Below are positions 17,350-26,666 of a stretch of DNA of 64,000 nucleotides, piece after piece (the first letter of the stretch is position 1; each line of letters opens with the position of its first letter). The stretch is from positions 1 through 64,000 of IMG/VR virus record IMGVR_UViG_3300021958_000041. One strand, written 5' to 3'. The notes beneath the pieces were generated by a model. It made no database searches and had not been told where the DNA came from. It saw nothing but the letters and a program-made list of their open reading frames with translations. The translations under genes were made by a program, and so were the position numbers. This DNA comes from a virus (Duplodnaviria > Caudoviricetes).

Positions 17350-17864
17350 TGAAACCAGAAGAACTTAAAAAAATAATAAACAGAGTTATTACGGGATTGT
17401 GTAAGAAAAAAGACAACATAGAAATTGGCATGGCCGAGCTTAACCATAGCGTTTCATACTCTATCCTTGTTGACTCCCAAGACCAAGCAAAGGTAGTCGG
17501 AGCAAGAGGAGCTAATATAAACGCAATTAAGAACTTATTTGAAGGAGTTAAGGTCACAGACCCAGTAGATTACAAACTTAAAAAAGTAAGAGTATTCTTG
17601 GATTCACCTGACGGCGCACGTTCAAAATTGGAAAAATTTGAAAGAAACCCAAATTGGAGCGGTGACGAATATGTCGAGTTAGCCGAAGATTTGGTAGCTT
17701 TGTATGTGGATGCAAAAATATCTCACTCAACTATGGGTGGAATAACTTTTTTCGAATGCGAATTACTGGAGGATTTTAACTCCCAGTTGAGGGATGATGT
17801 ATCTTTATTGGTTTCCGCTATAGGTAAGTGTAATGGTGGAACCATAGAGCTATCATATGTATGA
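17349..17864 (+). CDS. KH-domain RNA-binding protein (KhpA/YlqC-like N-terminus)
   Basis: SILVDSQDQAKVVGARGANINAIKNL contains the KH GxxG loop in a KhpA-like context. Confidence 0.7.
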   Translation: MKPEELKKIINRVITGLCKKKDNIEIGMAELNHSVSYSILVDSQDQAKVVGARGANINAIKNLFEGVKVTDPVDYKLKKVRVFLDSPDGARSKLEKFERNPNWSGDEYVELAEDLVALYVDAKISHSTMGGITFFECELLEDFNSQLRDDVSLLVSAIGKCNGGTIELSYV

Positions 17865-18147
17865 GGAAGAGATTGCTTATTTAAGGGAAAATGTCGTAGC
17901 AGAATCAGCCACTAGATATTTATTTGAATCCAAGCGACAAGAAGGATGCGTTCATCTTGTAGACTTAGAAGCAAACGATTTAAATGGGGAATGTAGCTGT
18001 CAGCATTATCAGTACAGGGTAGCTCCAATGATTAAGCAAGGCTTACTTAAACATGATTCCGAGAAAGCAAGATGCAAGCATATTAGAGTAGCTAGACAAT
18101 TGTTTTATGAAATTACAATTAAGGCAATTTCGGATAATACTAAGTGA
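17857..18147 (+). CDS. SWIM zinc-finger protein
   Basis: ECSCQHY...CKH (CxC...CxH). Confidence 0.7.
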   Translation: MYEEEIAYLRENVVAESATRYLFESKRQEGCVHLVDLEANDLNGECSCQHYQYRVAPMIKQGLLKHDSEKARCKHIRVARQLFYEITIKAISDNTK

Positions 18148-18368
18148 AAAAAGTAATACATATTAATCAACACGTAATTAGAAAAAATTCTAAAAGCGGA
18201 GAAAGGAATCACCCGATTTCCTGCAAGACTTACAAGAGTAATCAATATTGCAGTGAAGTTATTATTAATAAACATACAAAAGTAGTATATAGTCCAGATA
18301 AGCCATTGAGTTGTGGAGCTAAAGTATGGATAGAAACAACAGAAGATATTAAATGTAATGAAACGTAA
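18144..18368 (+). CDS. Conserved phage hypothetical protein
   Basis: IHINQHVIRKN...VVYSPDKPLSCGAKVWIET, a pattern I recall from aquatic phages. GTG start. Confidence 0.6.
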   Translation: MKKVIHINQHVIRKNSKSGERNHPISCKTYKSNQYCSEVIINKHTKVVYSPDKPLSCGAKVWIETTEDIKCNET

Positions 18369-18738
18369 GCCATTAAAAAGAAAGACTCCAATGAAGCGGA
18401 GTCAAAAGCCAATGAAAAGAACACCTTTGAAACGGCAAAGCTCAAGCAAGTCTGCAAAAGAAAAGAGAGCATCATACTCAAAAGCAAAAAAAGAATACAT
18501 GGAGTTTGATAGATTAAATGGAGTTAAGCATTGTTGCGAAGCGTGTGGAAAACATCTTGGTATAGAAAATCTAGACTTACATCATAAAGCAGGCAGGAAA
18601 GGTTCATCCATAAACCAACATGGAGAAATGGAAAGAAACCTAACAAATAAAGCAACATTTATGGCAGTATGTAGAACTTGCCATGACTGGATTCATAAAA
18701 ACCCAATTGAGAGCAGAGAGAAAGGATGGTTGATATGA
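18358..18738 (+). CDS. HNH endonuclease with a basic repetitive N-terminus
   Basis: CEAC...DLHH...N...VCRTCHDWIH, with N-terminal (M/L)KR-x-P repeats. Confidence 0.75.
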   Translation: MKRKPLKRKTPMKRSQKPMKRTPLKRQSSSKSAKEKRASYSKAKKEYMEFDRLNGVKHCCEACGKHLGIENLDLHHKAGRKGSSINQHGEMERNLTNKATFMAVCRTCHDWIHKNPIESREKGWLI

Positions 18739-18853
18739 GTGATTTTTTGCAAGTATGGAATAATTTGAGTTATTTAGATGGACTTCTTTTTTCCACTTGG
18801 ATACTAATTATGTATTACATAAAGTGTTCCATAGATAATTCCTTTAAATAAAT

Positions 18854-19600
18854 ATGAATGATAAACTTTTGATAGCCGTACCATCCCTAGGCAGGGCATA
18901 TGACATAGAAAAACATGCTGGGTTTTGGCTTAAGCAGCTAGAAAGATATGAATATAAATTGTTTTGTGAACCTAGGGAAAAAATATACTACTCACAAACT
19001 ATGCCGATGAGTAATATTGTTTTTACGGAAAACAATTGCGGTTTAAAAGGGCAAATAGGTCATATAAGGAAATACGCACAAGAAAATAATTTCAAATATG
19101 TCATGAAGTGTGACGATGACATGTGGTTTTTGAAGAAAAAAACCAGCAAGAAGAGGAGTGCGGAAACACTTGAGGATGCGCTCGATGAAATTGTTTCTGA
19201 AATGGAAATAGATAAAAGCATTGGAGGGGTAACAATAACCAAGGCGGCTGGATATATGAGAAATCCGAATAATGAATTGTGGTTATATAAGAAAAATAAA
19301 CCCTTTTACTCTAATAGTATTTCTAGGACAGAGTTATTTAAAGTCCCTGATTGCGCTGATATTTTTGTGGATTTAAGCCTAGCCTTAGAATGCGTGACTA
19401 AAGGTTTTAGTACAAAAACATACGGACGAATATATGAATCTTGTATAACATTTAAAAACAAAGGTGGATTTCAAAGCACAAATAGGGATGAGCTTTCAAG
19501 AAAAGTATATCCATTACTCAGGGAAGTTTACCCCGAAATAAGAGAAAGACCAGACACCAAGAACCCCTGCTTTGATATAGATGTATCTTATTACTTCTAG
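18854..19600 (+). CDS. GT-A glycosyltransferase, TET/JBP-associated (TAGT)/GREB1-like
   Basis: IAVPSLGRA, MKCDDD, DLSLALEC, NKGGFQ pattern. Confidence 0.65.
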   Translation: MNDKLLIAVPSLGRAYDIEKHAGFWLKQLERYEYKLFCEPREKIYYSQTMPMSNIVFTENNCGLKGQIGHIRKYAQENNFKYVMKCDDDMWFLKKKTSKKRSAETLEDALDEIVSEMEIDKSIGGVTITKAAGYMRNPNNELWLYKKNKPFYSNSISRTELFKVPDCADIFVDLSLALECVTKGFSTKTYGRIYESCITFKNKGGFQSTNRDELSRKVYPLLREVYPEIRERPDTKNPCFDIDVSYYF

Positions 19601-20070
19601 TGAAAAAGAAAAACACAGGAAAAGCCTTAGAGAACCTTATAGAGCATCAATCTGAACTCTACCACTCGAAAGGACTTTTGTATTTATTAAAAGTAGACCC
19701 GCCTACAAGAACAATAAATGCAAAGTGGGGGAAAATAACAACTTTGTTACCAAATCCATTTCCAGATTTTGTTGGATGCCTTCCATGCGGACAATTTGTA
19801 TGTATTGAGGCAAAATCAAATCATAAAAAAAGTCTAGGCATAGGCGCAGGAGGATTAAGGCCAAAGCAATTAGATGATTTATATAAATGGGAAAAATCGG
19901 GAGCAAAAGTTGGAATTATTTGGCAGAATGAAAGTGGTTTTTATTGGGTTACATTAGATGATATTAGGAAAAGTATTGCGATGGGGAGAAAAAGTGTTCC
20001 AATAGATATGCCAAAACAAATAAAAGAAGGTGGCGCTGCCATATTAAATTTTATAGAATTTTTAAATTAA
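19600..20070 (+). CDS. recU: RecU-like Holliday junction resolvase
   Basis: GKALENLI...KVDPP...PDFVG....GQFVCIEAKS...QLDDL. Confidence 0.75.
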   Translation: MKKKNTGKALENLIEHQSELYHSKGLLYLLKVDPPTRTINAKWGKITTLLPNPFPDFVGCLPCGQFVCIEAKSNHKKSLGIGAGGLRPKQLDDLYKWEKSGAKVGIIWQNESGFYWVTLDDIRKSIAMGRKSVPIDMPKQIKEGGAAILNFIEFLN

Positions 20071-20075
20071 ATATT

Positions 20076-20804
20076 ATGACTGAAAAATTAGATAAAAACG
20101 AAGAGCTAAAAGTTTACCAAGTAGCGATAGATAGTGTGCAACCTGCGGAGTATAACCCTAGAGCTTTATCACAAAAGAAATTTGAGGACATAAAAGACTC
20201 ATTAAATAAATTTGGATTTGTAGACCCAGTGATAGTAAATAAACACCCAGAACGAGAAAATATTTTAGTAGGTGGTCACCAAAGAGTTAAGGTAGCAAAA
20301 GACTTAGGCTATGAAAAAATTCCTGCTGTTTTTGTTAGCTTAACATTAGATGAGGAAAAAGAATTAAATGTTCGATTAAATAAAAATCAAGGAGATTGGG
20401 ATTTTGCAGCACTGAAAGATAATTTTTCTGAAGACAGCCTTATAGATTGGGGTTTTGCTGAAAAAGAATTATCGCAACAATGGAGTGAAATTGAAGATAT
20501 AAGTGATACCGCTGAAAGTATTTCAAACGAAGTTAATGAAAAAAAATACCCAATTGTTCCAAAGTATAACGAGCGCTATTCTACGTTTATGATTTTTTGC
20601 AATAATGAGCTAGATGTTCATTGGATGAAAAATTTTCTAGGTCTTACTAAATCAAGAATTGACTACAAGAGTAATGCCGTTGCTCCATCCTTTGTTATTA
20701 CAGCGGAACAATTTCAAGAAATTGTGTTAAATGAAAATAAACCCCCAGTAGAAGATGATAATAATAAAGAAATTACTGAACAAGATATTCCCGATGAGAA
20801 TTGA
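20076..20804 (+). CDS. ParB/Srx N-terminal domain protein
   Basis: PAEYNPR...SLNKFGFVDPVIVN...ILVGGHQRVK...LNVRLNKNQGDWD. Confidence 0.85.
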   Translation: MTEKLDKNEELKVYQVAIDSVQPAEYNPRALSQKKFEDIKDSLNKFGFVDPVIVNKHPERENILVGGHQRVKVAKDLGYEKIPAVFVSLTLDEEKELNVRLNKNQGDWDFAALKDNFSEDSLIDWGFAEKELSQQWSEIEDISDTAESISNEVNEKKYPIVPKYNERYSTFMIFCNNELDVHWMKNFLGLTKSRIDYKSNAVAPSFVITAEQFQEIVLNENKPPVEDDNNKEITEQDIPDEN

Positions 20805-21120
20805 TACATATCAAAAAGAGGCAACGAAAACTGCCATTTACCCAGAAGAGTCAAAATTAATTTACCCAGCTTTAGGTTTATGTGGAGAAGCTGGTGAAGT
20901 AGCAGAAAAAGTTAAAAAAGTATTTCGTGACGATAAGGGAAAATTGTCGGAAGTAAAGCGTCAGCAAATTGGAAAAGAATTGGGAGATGTTCTTTGGTAT
21001 CTGTCTGCGCTTGCCGACAATCTAGATATGAAATTGTCAACAATTGCCAAAAAAAATATAGAAAAGCTGAAAGATAGAAAAAAGCGCGGTGTCATTAAAG
21101 GCAGTGGAGATAATAGATGA
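20794..21120 (+). CDS. mazG: MazG-like nucleotide pyrophosphohydrolase
   Basis: YQKEA..TA...ALGLCGEAGEVAEKVKK...KELGDVLWYL. Start reassigned to ATG 20794. Confidence 0.85.
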   Translation: MRIDTYQKEATKTAIYPEESKLIYPALGLCGEAGEVAEKVKKVFRDDKGKLSEVKRQQIGKELGDVLWYLSALADNLDMKLSTIAKKNIEKLKDRKKRGVIKGSGDNR

Positions 21121-21305
21121 CAAGCGAAGACGAAAGAGTTAATGCTATTGAGCAAGGCAGAAGACTGCTTATTGATTTAACCGAACCAAAGCTTACACCG
21201 CGCGTTCCTAAGAGCATAAGAGTGAGAGCGAAGGAAATAATAGAAAACTACCCAAGTGGTTTCGATTTTGTCTTAATAGAGAAAGGGTTAAAAGAAAATG
21301 GGTGA
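21117..21305 (+). CDS. Small conserved protein (BPSL0761-like)
   Basis: RRLLIDL...TPRVPKSIRVRA.....YP pattern. Confidence 0.5.
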   Translation: MTSEDERVNAIEQGRRLLIDLTEPKLTPRVPKSIRVRAKEIIENYPSGFDFVLIEKGLKENG

Positions 21306-22053
21306 TTACATAGTAGATGTGGTAAGTCCAAGCATGGGAAGAGCAGGAAAAACTATAGTTCAAGAACTAATAGCAAATGTTAAATTTGTTGTGCCCGAAA
21401 AAGAGGTCGATGATTACAAAGAACATTTACCCAATAATGAAGTTTATGGATGCCCTGACTCTATAAAAGGCATAACAGCAACAAGGCAATGGATGCTAGA
21501 CAAGTGGGCTAATGTATTCATGGTCGATGATGATATATATCAAGTGCGCAGGCAATTTGCAGAATCACAAAAAGCAGACACAAATATTAAAGACCCTCAA
21601 TTTTCTTGGGAATTAATTCAGAACCTAGCAAGTATAACGAAGCAATGCGGAGGTTATCATTTTGGGTTCTCCAACGCAAGAGAGCCTGTGCAATACGAAT
21701 CAGGAAAGCCTATTGTTCATACTAAGTACATTAATAATAGTTTCATGGGCTTCCTTGAGGGTCATGGATTAAAATACGATTTATCTTTTGATGAAGCGGA
21801 AGATTATTATATTTGCTGTATGAATATATTTAAAAATAGATTTTCGGTTCTAGACCAAAGGTATGTATTTAAAACTAAACAAAATTTCACAAGCGATGGT
21901 GGTTGTGCATTGTACAGAACTCAAGAATCAATGATACGTAATACAGAAAGATTGAAAGCTTTGTTTGGTACTGATGTAGTTCACGACAAAGGTCAGAGTA
22001 AGTTAAAAAAGAACGTAAACAAAGGTGAAAGAATATTAATATTTCCTTATTAG
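21298..22053 (+). CDS. GT-A glycosyltransferase, TAGT/GREB1-like
   Basis: VSPSMGRA, GITATRQWML, FMVDDDI, EDYYIC, DGGC..YRT. Confidence 0.7.
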   Translation: MGDYIVDVVSPSMGRAGKTIVQELIANVKFVVPEKEVDDYKEHLPNNEVYGCPDSIKGITATRQWMLDKWANVFMVDDDIYQVRRQFAESQKADTNIKDPQFSWELIQNLASITKQCGGYHFGFSNAREPVQYESGKPIVHTKYINNSFMGFLEGHGLKYDLSFDEAEDYYICCMNIFKNRFSVLDQRYVFKTKQNFTSDGGCALYRTQESMIRNTERLKALFGTDVVHDKGQSKLKKNVNKGERILIFPY

Positions 22054-22054
22054 A

Positions 22055-22237
22055 ATGAAAGCTAAAGATAATTTTGTTAAAATTAGTGAAGAGCTTCGAA
22101 GATTAAAAAATGTAAAAAATAAAACTGAATCCGATGAATCATTAATTTTATTACTGAAATACAAAATGAAATTAATGAAACAAATTAAAAGTAAAGAGAC
22201 AAAAATTGGAATACTTAAAAAAATATTCAAAATCTAA
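22055..22237 (+). CDS. Small basic hypothetical protein
   Basis: 60-aa ORF in operon orientation. Confidence 0.35.
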   Translation: MKAKDNFVKISEELRRLKNVKNKTESDESLILLLKYKMKLMKQIKSKETKIGILKKIFKI

Positions 22238-22502
22238 ATTTCTTAAATCAAGTGATAAGTTGGGTAGTAGAATCTATTTTATACCTTTCAGAAAAAGCTT
22301 TAAATTATTTGGATTTAGATTGTTCTCGAAAATGCACCTAGTAGAAATCATGGCATATTCAGAATCTCACGCTGAAATTTTATTTGCTAAAAATAACAAA
22401 CAAAAACAAAAAAGGTTTTGGGAAATTGAATGTTTGCCACCCATAATTGATATTGAGTTTATCTCTTATATGGCCAACACTAACAAGTGTAACAATATTT
22501 AG
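22206..22502 (+). CDS. Hypothetical protein
   Basis: Ends 2 nt before the portal gene. Start uncertain. Confidence 0.4.
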   Translation: MEYLKKYSKSKFLKSSDKLGSRIYFIPFRKSFKLFGFRLFSKMHLVEIMAYSESHAEILFAKNNKQKQKRFWEIECLPPIIDIEFISYMANTNKCNNI

Positions 22503-22504
22503 TC

Positions 22505-24307
22505 ATGGCATTCTTAGATTATATTCCTTTTTTAAAATCAAAAAATACAGGCATTCCTGCACCCGCTCCGCTGCCAAATTACAGCGAGAAAGAAATGCGC
22601 TTCATTGAGAAGCTAACTAGTTTTCAACTACATGAGCTTGCTGATTATGATTCTTACTTAAAGGCTGCAACGGAAAAAGTGTGGGCTAGCTTTAAGGCTT
22701 GTGATATAACCTCTACAACAGTCTTGCAAACTCAATATGATGTTATTGGAAAAAATGGTAATGTTATAGAAAATAAGGAATTAGATAGTCTAATTGAAAA
22801 CCCAAATCCTTACGACACTTTTGAGGAAATTTTATACTTAACAACATTTCACCTCAAAACTACAGGTAATGCATTTTGGTTAAAAGATGAAATGGATAGT
22901 CTTGGAAGACCGAAATCTTTATATCCATTACTACCTCAACATATTAAGATTCGAGCGCATGAAAAAAGTAAAATTGCTGATTACGAATACAATATAAATG
23001 GAAAGAAAATAGTTTTTAAACCAGAAGAAATAATTCATTTCAAAAGACCACACGCAAATGATTCAATATTTGGTCTTGGAGACATTGGCGCAGCAGAGCC
23101 ATTGTTTAATAAATTCATGAATAATGATTCATACTCGCAGTCATTTTTCAAAAATGGAGCATTCCCATCAGGAGTTCTTGTGCGAGAAGAGTACGATGGA
23201 GATGAGGTTGATTTTCAAAGGTTTAAAAGAAAATGGGCTTCCGAATATACAGGTACAGGCTCACAAGGAAAAACAGCATGGCTCAATGGAAAATGGTCAT
23301 ATATCCAACTAGGATTATCAAATAAAGAGCTACAAACTATTGAGCAATCAGAACTAAATACGGAGCAAATTTTCCTAGCGCACGGAGTTCCATTATCAGT
23401 TGCTGGAATAAAAGAAGCATCGAATTACGCAACTGCTCGTCAAGAATATATAAACTTCAGGAGACATACTGTCCTACCAATGGTGAAGCTAATATTCAGC
23501 AGAATAAACCACAATTCAGGTTTTATTAGAAATTTCAATAAAGATTGGACTTTAAGCTATAAACTTTCTGGGTTAATTGATGTAGAGCAAGCAGCTAAAG
23601 ATTATGAGCTTTTAGTCAAATATGGCGCAATGACTTTAAACGAATATAGAGTTGCTTGCGGTATGGATGAATCTAATGATGAAAATCATGGCAGATACTA
23701 TACTGAAAGCACAAGAGTACCACTTGAAATCGCAGGCGCTGAGTCAATATTAATGTCCGAGAGATTTAGACTGCCAAGCGACCAAGAACTTGATAATGAG
23801 TTGCAAGATAACGAGATACAGCTACCTGATGACCCAGAGCTTAAAGAAGACAGGGAGGAAGAAGATAAAGGATTTGGAGGAGACCCAGACAGCGTATACT
23901 TCGAGAATAAAAGCGTAGTAATAATAGACCCCACTAAAGAAATTTACAAAGGTTATGAGAAATCGGCTAAAAAGAATGCAAAACGAGCATTAGCTTATAA
24001 GAAATCTGGATTCACTGGTGGCACGCTAAAAATGTGGGCTATATCAAGGAGAATTGCAGATGGTAAAGATTTGTCCTTGGAGCAAGTTAAATTAATTGCA
24101 TCTAAAGTTGGATTAATTAGGGAAAAAACAAAATCTTATGAAGATAGCAAATTTGCAGTTCATTTAGATGCTTTTGGTGGAACTTCAGGAATTAAATGGG
24201 CTAAAAACTTAATTGATGAAATAACAAATAAATCTATAAATTGGAACAAGCTAAAAGAGAAGCAATACTACGAAGAAGTTCAAATAGATGATGATGAATT
24301 AGAATAA
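22505..24307 (+). CDS. Portal protein (HK97 family) with a C-terminal extension
   Basis: LKTTGNAFW, LYPLLP, EIIHFK, FFKNGAFPSGVL, MTLNEYR. Confidence 0.88.
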   Translation: MAFLDYIPFLKSKNTGIPAPAPLPNYSEKEMRFIEKLTSFQLHELADYDSYLKAATEKVWASFKACDITSTTVLQTQYDVIGKNGNVIENKELDSLIENPNPYDTFEEILYLTTFHLKTTGNAFWLKDEMDSLGRPKSLYPLLPQHIKIRAHEKSKIADYEYNINGKKIVFKPEEIIHFKRPHANDSIFGLGDIGAAEPLFNKFMNNDSYSQSFFKNGAFPSGVLVREEYDGDEVDFQRFKRKWASEYTGTGSQGKTAWLNGKWSYIQLGLSNKELQTIEQSELNTEQIFLAHGVPLSVAGIKEASNYATARQEYINFRRHTVLPMVKLIFSRINHNSGFIRNFNKDWTLSYKLSGLIDVEQAAKDYELLVKYGAMTLNEYRVACGMDESNDENHGRYYTESTRVPLEIAGAESILMSERFRLPSDQELDNELQDNEIQLPDDPELKEDREEEDKGFGGDPDSVYFENKSVVIIDPTKEIYKGYEKSAKKNAKRALAYKKSGFTGGTLKMWAISRRIADGKDLSLEQVKLIASKVGLIREKTKSYEDSKFAVHLDAFGGTSGIKWAKNLIDEITNKSINWNKLKEKQYYEEVQIDDDELE

Positions 24308-24352
24308 GAAATTTATTTGACTTGTATTGTAAGTTATTGATTTTTTCAATAA

Positions 24353-24574
24353 ATGAGGAGTCATTCGCAACTCCCCGAATCTATTAGAAAAAAAAATAAC
24401 AATAAAAACGAGTCATTCGAAGATTTAAAAAAATTAATAGATGAAGGGTATGAGAGATTTTGGGCAGCCCCGCACAGGCGAGGTTTGAGACCAGACAAAT
24501 TTAATTTTGGATATATTGATTTTTCTAATCCAAAAGAAATAACAGAAGATGAATTCCCTGATGACTTGACTTGA
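24353..24574 (+). CDS. Hypothetical protein between portal and protease
   Basis: 73-aa ORF with an upstream TTGACT box at 24317. Confidence 0.45.
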   Translation: MRSHSQLPESIRKKNNNKNESFEDLKKLIDEGYERFWAAPHRRGLRPDKFNFGYIDFSNPKEITEDEFPDDLT

Positions 24575-24614
24575 CTTAAATTGTGATATTAGAAAATAAT
24601 AAAAAGTTACTGCT

Positions 24615-26585
24615 ATGAGTATAAAAATTTCAAAAACTATAAATGTTAAGTTTGATAAGCAAAATCCAGACTTAAGGCACTCTAAATTTACTACTCCATC
24701 AATTGGTTGGGTTGACGGAATAAGAAAAAAGTTTCCCGAAATATGGGAATCTGGAGAAAGTTCTATTTCTGATGATGCTTTTTATTCATGGGTGGAATAC
24801 TCAAAAGGCATTAGAAGCGAAGCCACAGATAAATGGCTCATCAGGAGAGAGCGCTGGGCTGAGTTACATAAAAGTGATGGATTGTCATTAATTGCATCAG
24901 AAACTTCCCCTACATTAGCAAAGCAAGTAGTTAACATGCTAAAGTGGGGTGTAGTCGGAGAAATCGGTCTAGACAACATGATAGACGTCATTAGTGATAT
25001 AATTGACGGAAAGGTGGAAAGTAAATCATTCTTTCTTGAAAAAACTTATGGAGAGTATCCAGATACAGCGGTCGAAAATGCGAAAAAAGCTTTAGTTTGG
25101 AAAGGTGAGCATTCAGAAAGAAACAAAGAATCTATTTGGGCAATAGCTGAAAAATTTGCATCTGGCGAAAAATTTAATTCTCATGAATTAAGGACTATTG
25201 CTAAATTTGAATCACAAAAAGAACACGCAGGCAAAAAATACAAATCAATTGAACCTGTATTATATGATGCGGTAGGTGGAACCAATGGAATTATTTGGGC
25301 TAAAAGATTAGTCCAAGAAATTGATTCTTCTAAAAAAAAAGTTTATAAGCAAAGGTCTGAAAGCTTAAAGTCTTCAATTGAGCAGACTAAGCATGTACGG
25401 AATGTCGAAGAGACCGAAGACTCTTATATAATTGAATTTGGTAAATCAGATGAAATAGACGCTAAGGATGAAGATGATTACATTGAAGCTGAAAAAATAG
25501 ATTCTGTACCATCTTATATCAAGAGAAACGCAAAGAGAGGATTAAGCTTACTTAAATTTGCAGGTGGTGGACTAACTGACGGAACTAAGAGCGAAGCTAG
25601 AGATATGGCTAGAGGTTTTATTTCTGATGGAAAAGTAAAAAGAATGAATGCATGGTTTCTCAGGCACGCAGATGATTTAAATTCTGCTGACGCTAGTGCT
25701 TATCTTAGGGGAGAAAAAGAAAACCCGACCGCTGGTCAAGTAGCTTGGTTGCTGTGGGGTGGTGATTTGTCAGCAAGTTCAAGAATGAGAGCGCAGAAGT
25801 GGGCAAAAAGTCAGGTTTCTAAATTAGAAAGAGAAACTGAATCGGAAAGTAGTTACCACAAAGAAGATGAAGAAAAGCGTTCTGTAATATCTTTCGACCT
25901 CAAAGGCAAAAAAACTTTTGGCATACAAGTTGATTCAGATGAGGTTGAGTTATTATATGAAAGTGAATCTGGAGAGTTTTATAAAACAGGAGCAAAAATA
26001 AATATTCCTGAAGAAGAAGTATTACAGGAAGAAATTGATTGCCCAACAAAATACGTCAGAAACTGGAACGCTCAAGCACCTATCGGAGACACCAAATCTT
26101 TTAAAGAAGTCACAAATGAAAATGGTTCAGTAGTTGATTATCTAGATGTTACTTTTAAGGGGTATGCATCTACTAATGAAAAAACAACTAAAGAAGATAG
26201 AATTGGAGATTATTTAAAAAAAGGAGCTTTTAAGAAAACAATAAATAATTTCATGCGCAATCCAGTTATGCTAATTGACCATCAAAATAGCGTAAAAGAA
26301 ATTGCAGGCACATACACCAAGATGTATGAAGATAAAAATGGATTGTATGTTGAGGGTAAAATATCAAATTCCCCAGACCTCAAGAATGTAAGGTTTCTTG
26401 TAGCTGAAGGACATCTCAAGTCAATGAGTATTGGCGGAATGTTTCTTTACGGAGAAGACGGAAAAGCCATTGAAGAAGTAAATTTATACGAGATTTCACT
26501 TGTTGCAATACCTATGAATCCAGATGCGCTATTCTCCGTCAGGGGAGTGGACGAGGAATTGTTTTTGAAAAAATTACAAAAATAG
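24615..26585 (+). CDS. Prohead protease (HK97 family, C-terminal) fused to N-terminal repeat modules
   Basis: FKGYAS...DRIGD...GAF...PVMLIDH...IAG...GLYVEG...GHLKSMSIGG...LYEISLVAIPMNPDA. Confidence 0.88.
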   Translation: MSIKISKTINVKFDKQNPDLRHSKFTTPSIGWVDGIRKKFPEIWESGESSISDDAFYSWVEYSKGIRSEATDKWLIRRERWAELHKSDGLSLIASETSPTLAKQVVNMLKWGVVGEIGLDNMIDVISDIIDGKVESKSFFLEKTYGEYPDTAVENAKKALVWKGEHSERNKESIWAIAEKFASGEKFNSHELRTIAKFESQKEHAGKKYKSIEPVLYDAVGGTNGIIWAKRLVQEIDSSKKKVYKQRSESLKSSIEQTKHVRNVEETEDSYIIEFGKSDEIDAKDEDDYIEAEKIDSVPSYIKRNAKRGLSLLKFAGGGLTDGTKSEARDMARGFISDGKVKRMNAWFLRHADDLNSADASAYLRGEKENPTAGQVAWLLWGGDLSASSRMRAQKWAKSQVSKLERETESESSYHKEDEEKRSVISFDLKGKKTFGIQVDSDEVELLYESESGEFYKTGAKINIPEEEVLQEEIDCPTKYVRNWNAQAPIGDTKSFKEVTNENGSVVDYLDVTFKGYASTNEKTTKEDRIGDYLKKGAFKKTINNFMRNPVMLIDHQNSVKEIAGTYTKMYEDKNGLYVEGKISNSPDLKNVRFLVAEGHLKSMSIGGMFLYGEDGKAIEEVNLYEISLVAIPMNPDALFSVRGVDEELFLKKLQK

Positions 26586-26615
26586 TTGACGCGCATTGTT
26601 AAAACACAAGATATT
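26586..26615 (+). promoter_or_regulatory. Putative promoter for the major capsid gene
   Basis: TTGACG-N18-GATATT. Confidence 0.4.
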
Positions 26616-26666
26616 TGCAAATAGATTTTCACTAATAGTTATATAAACAATCAAATACTGAAAAAT

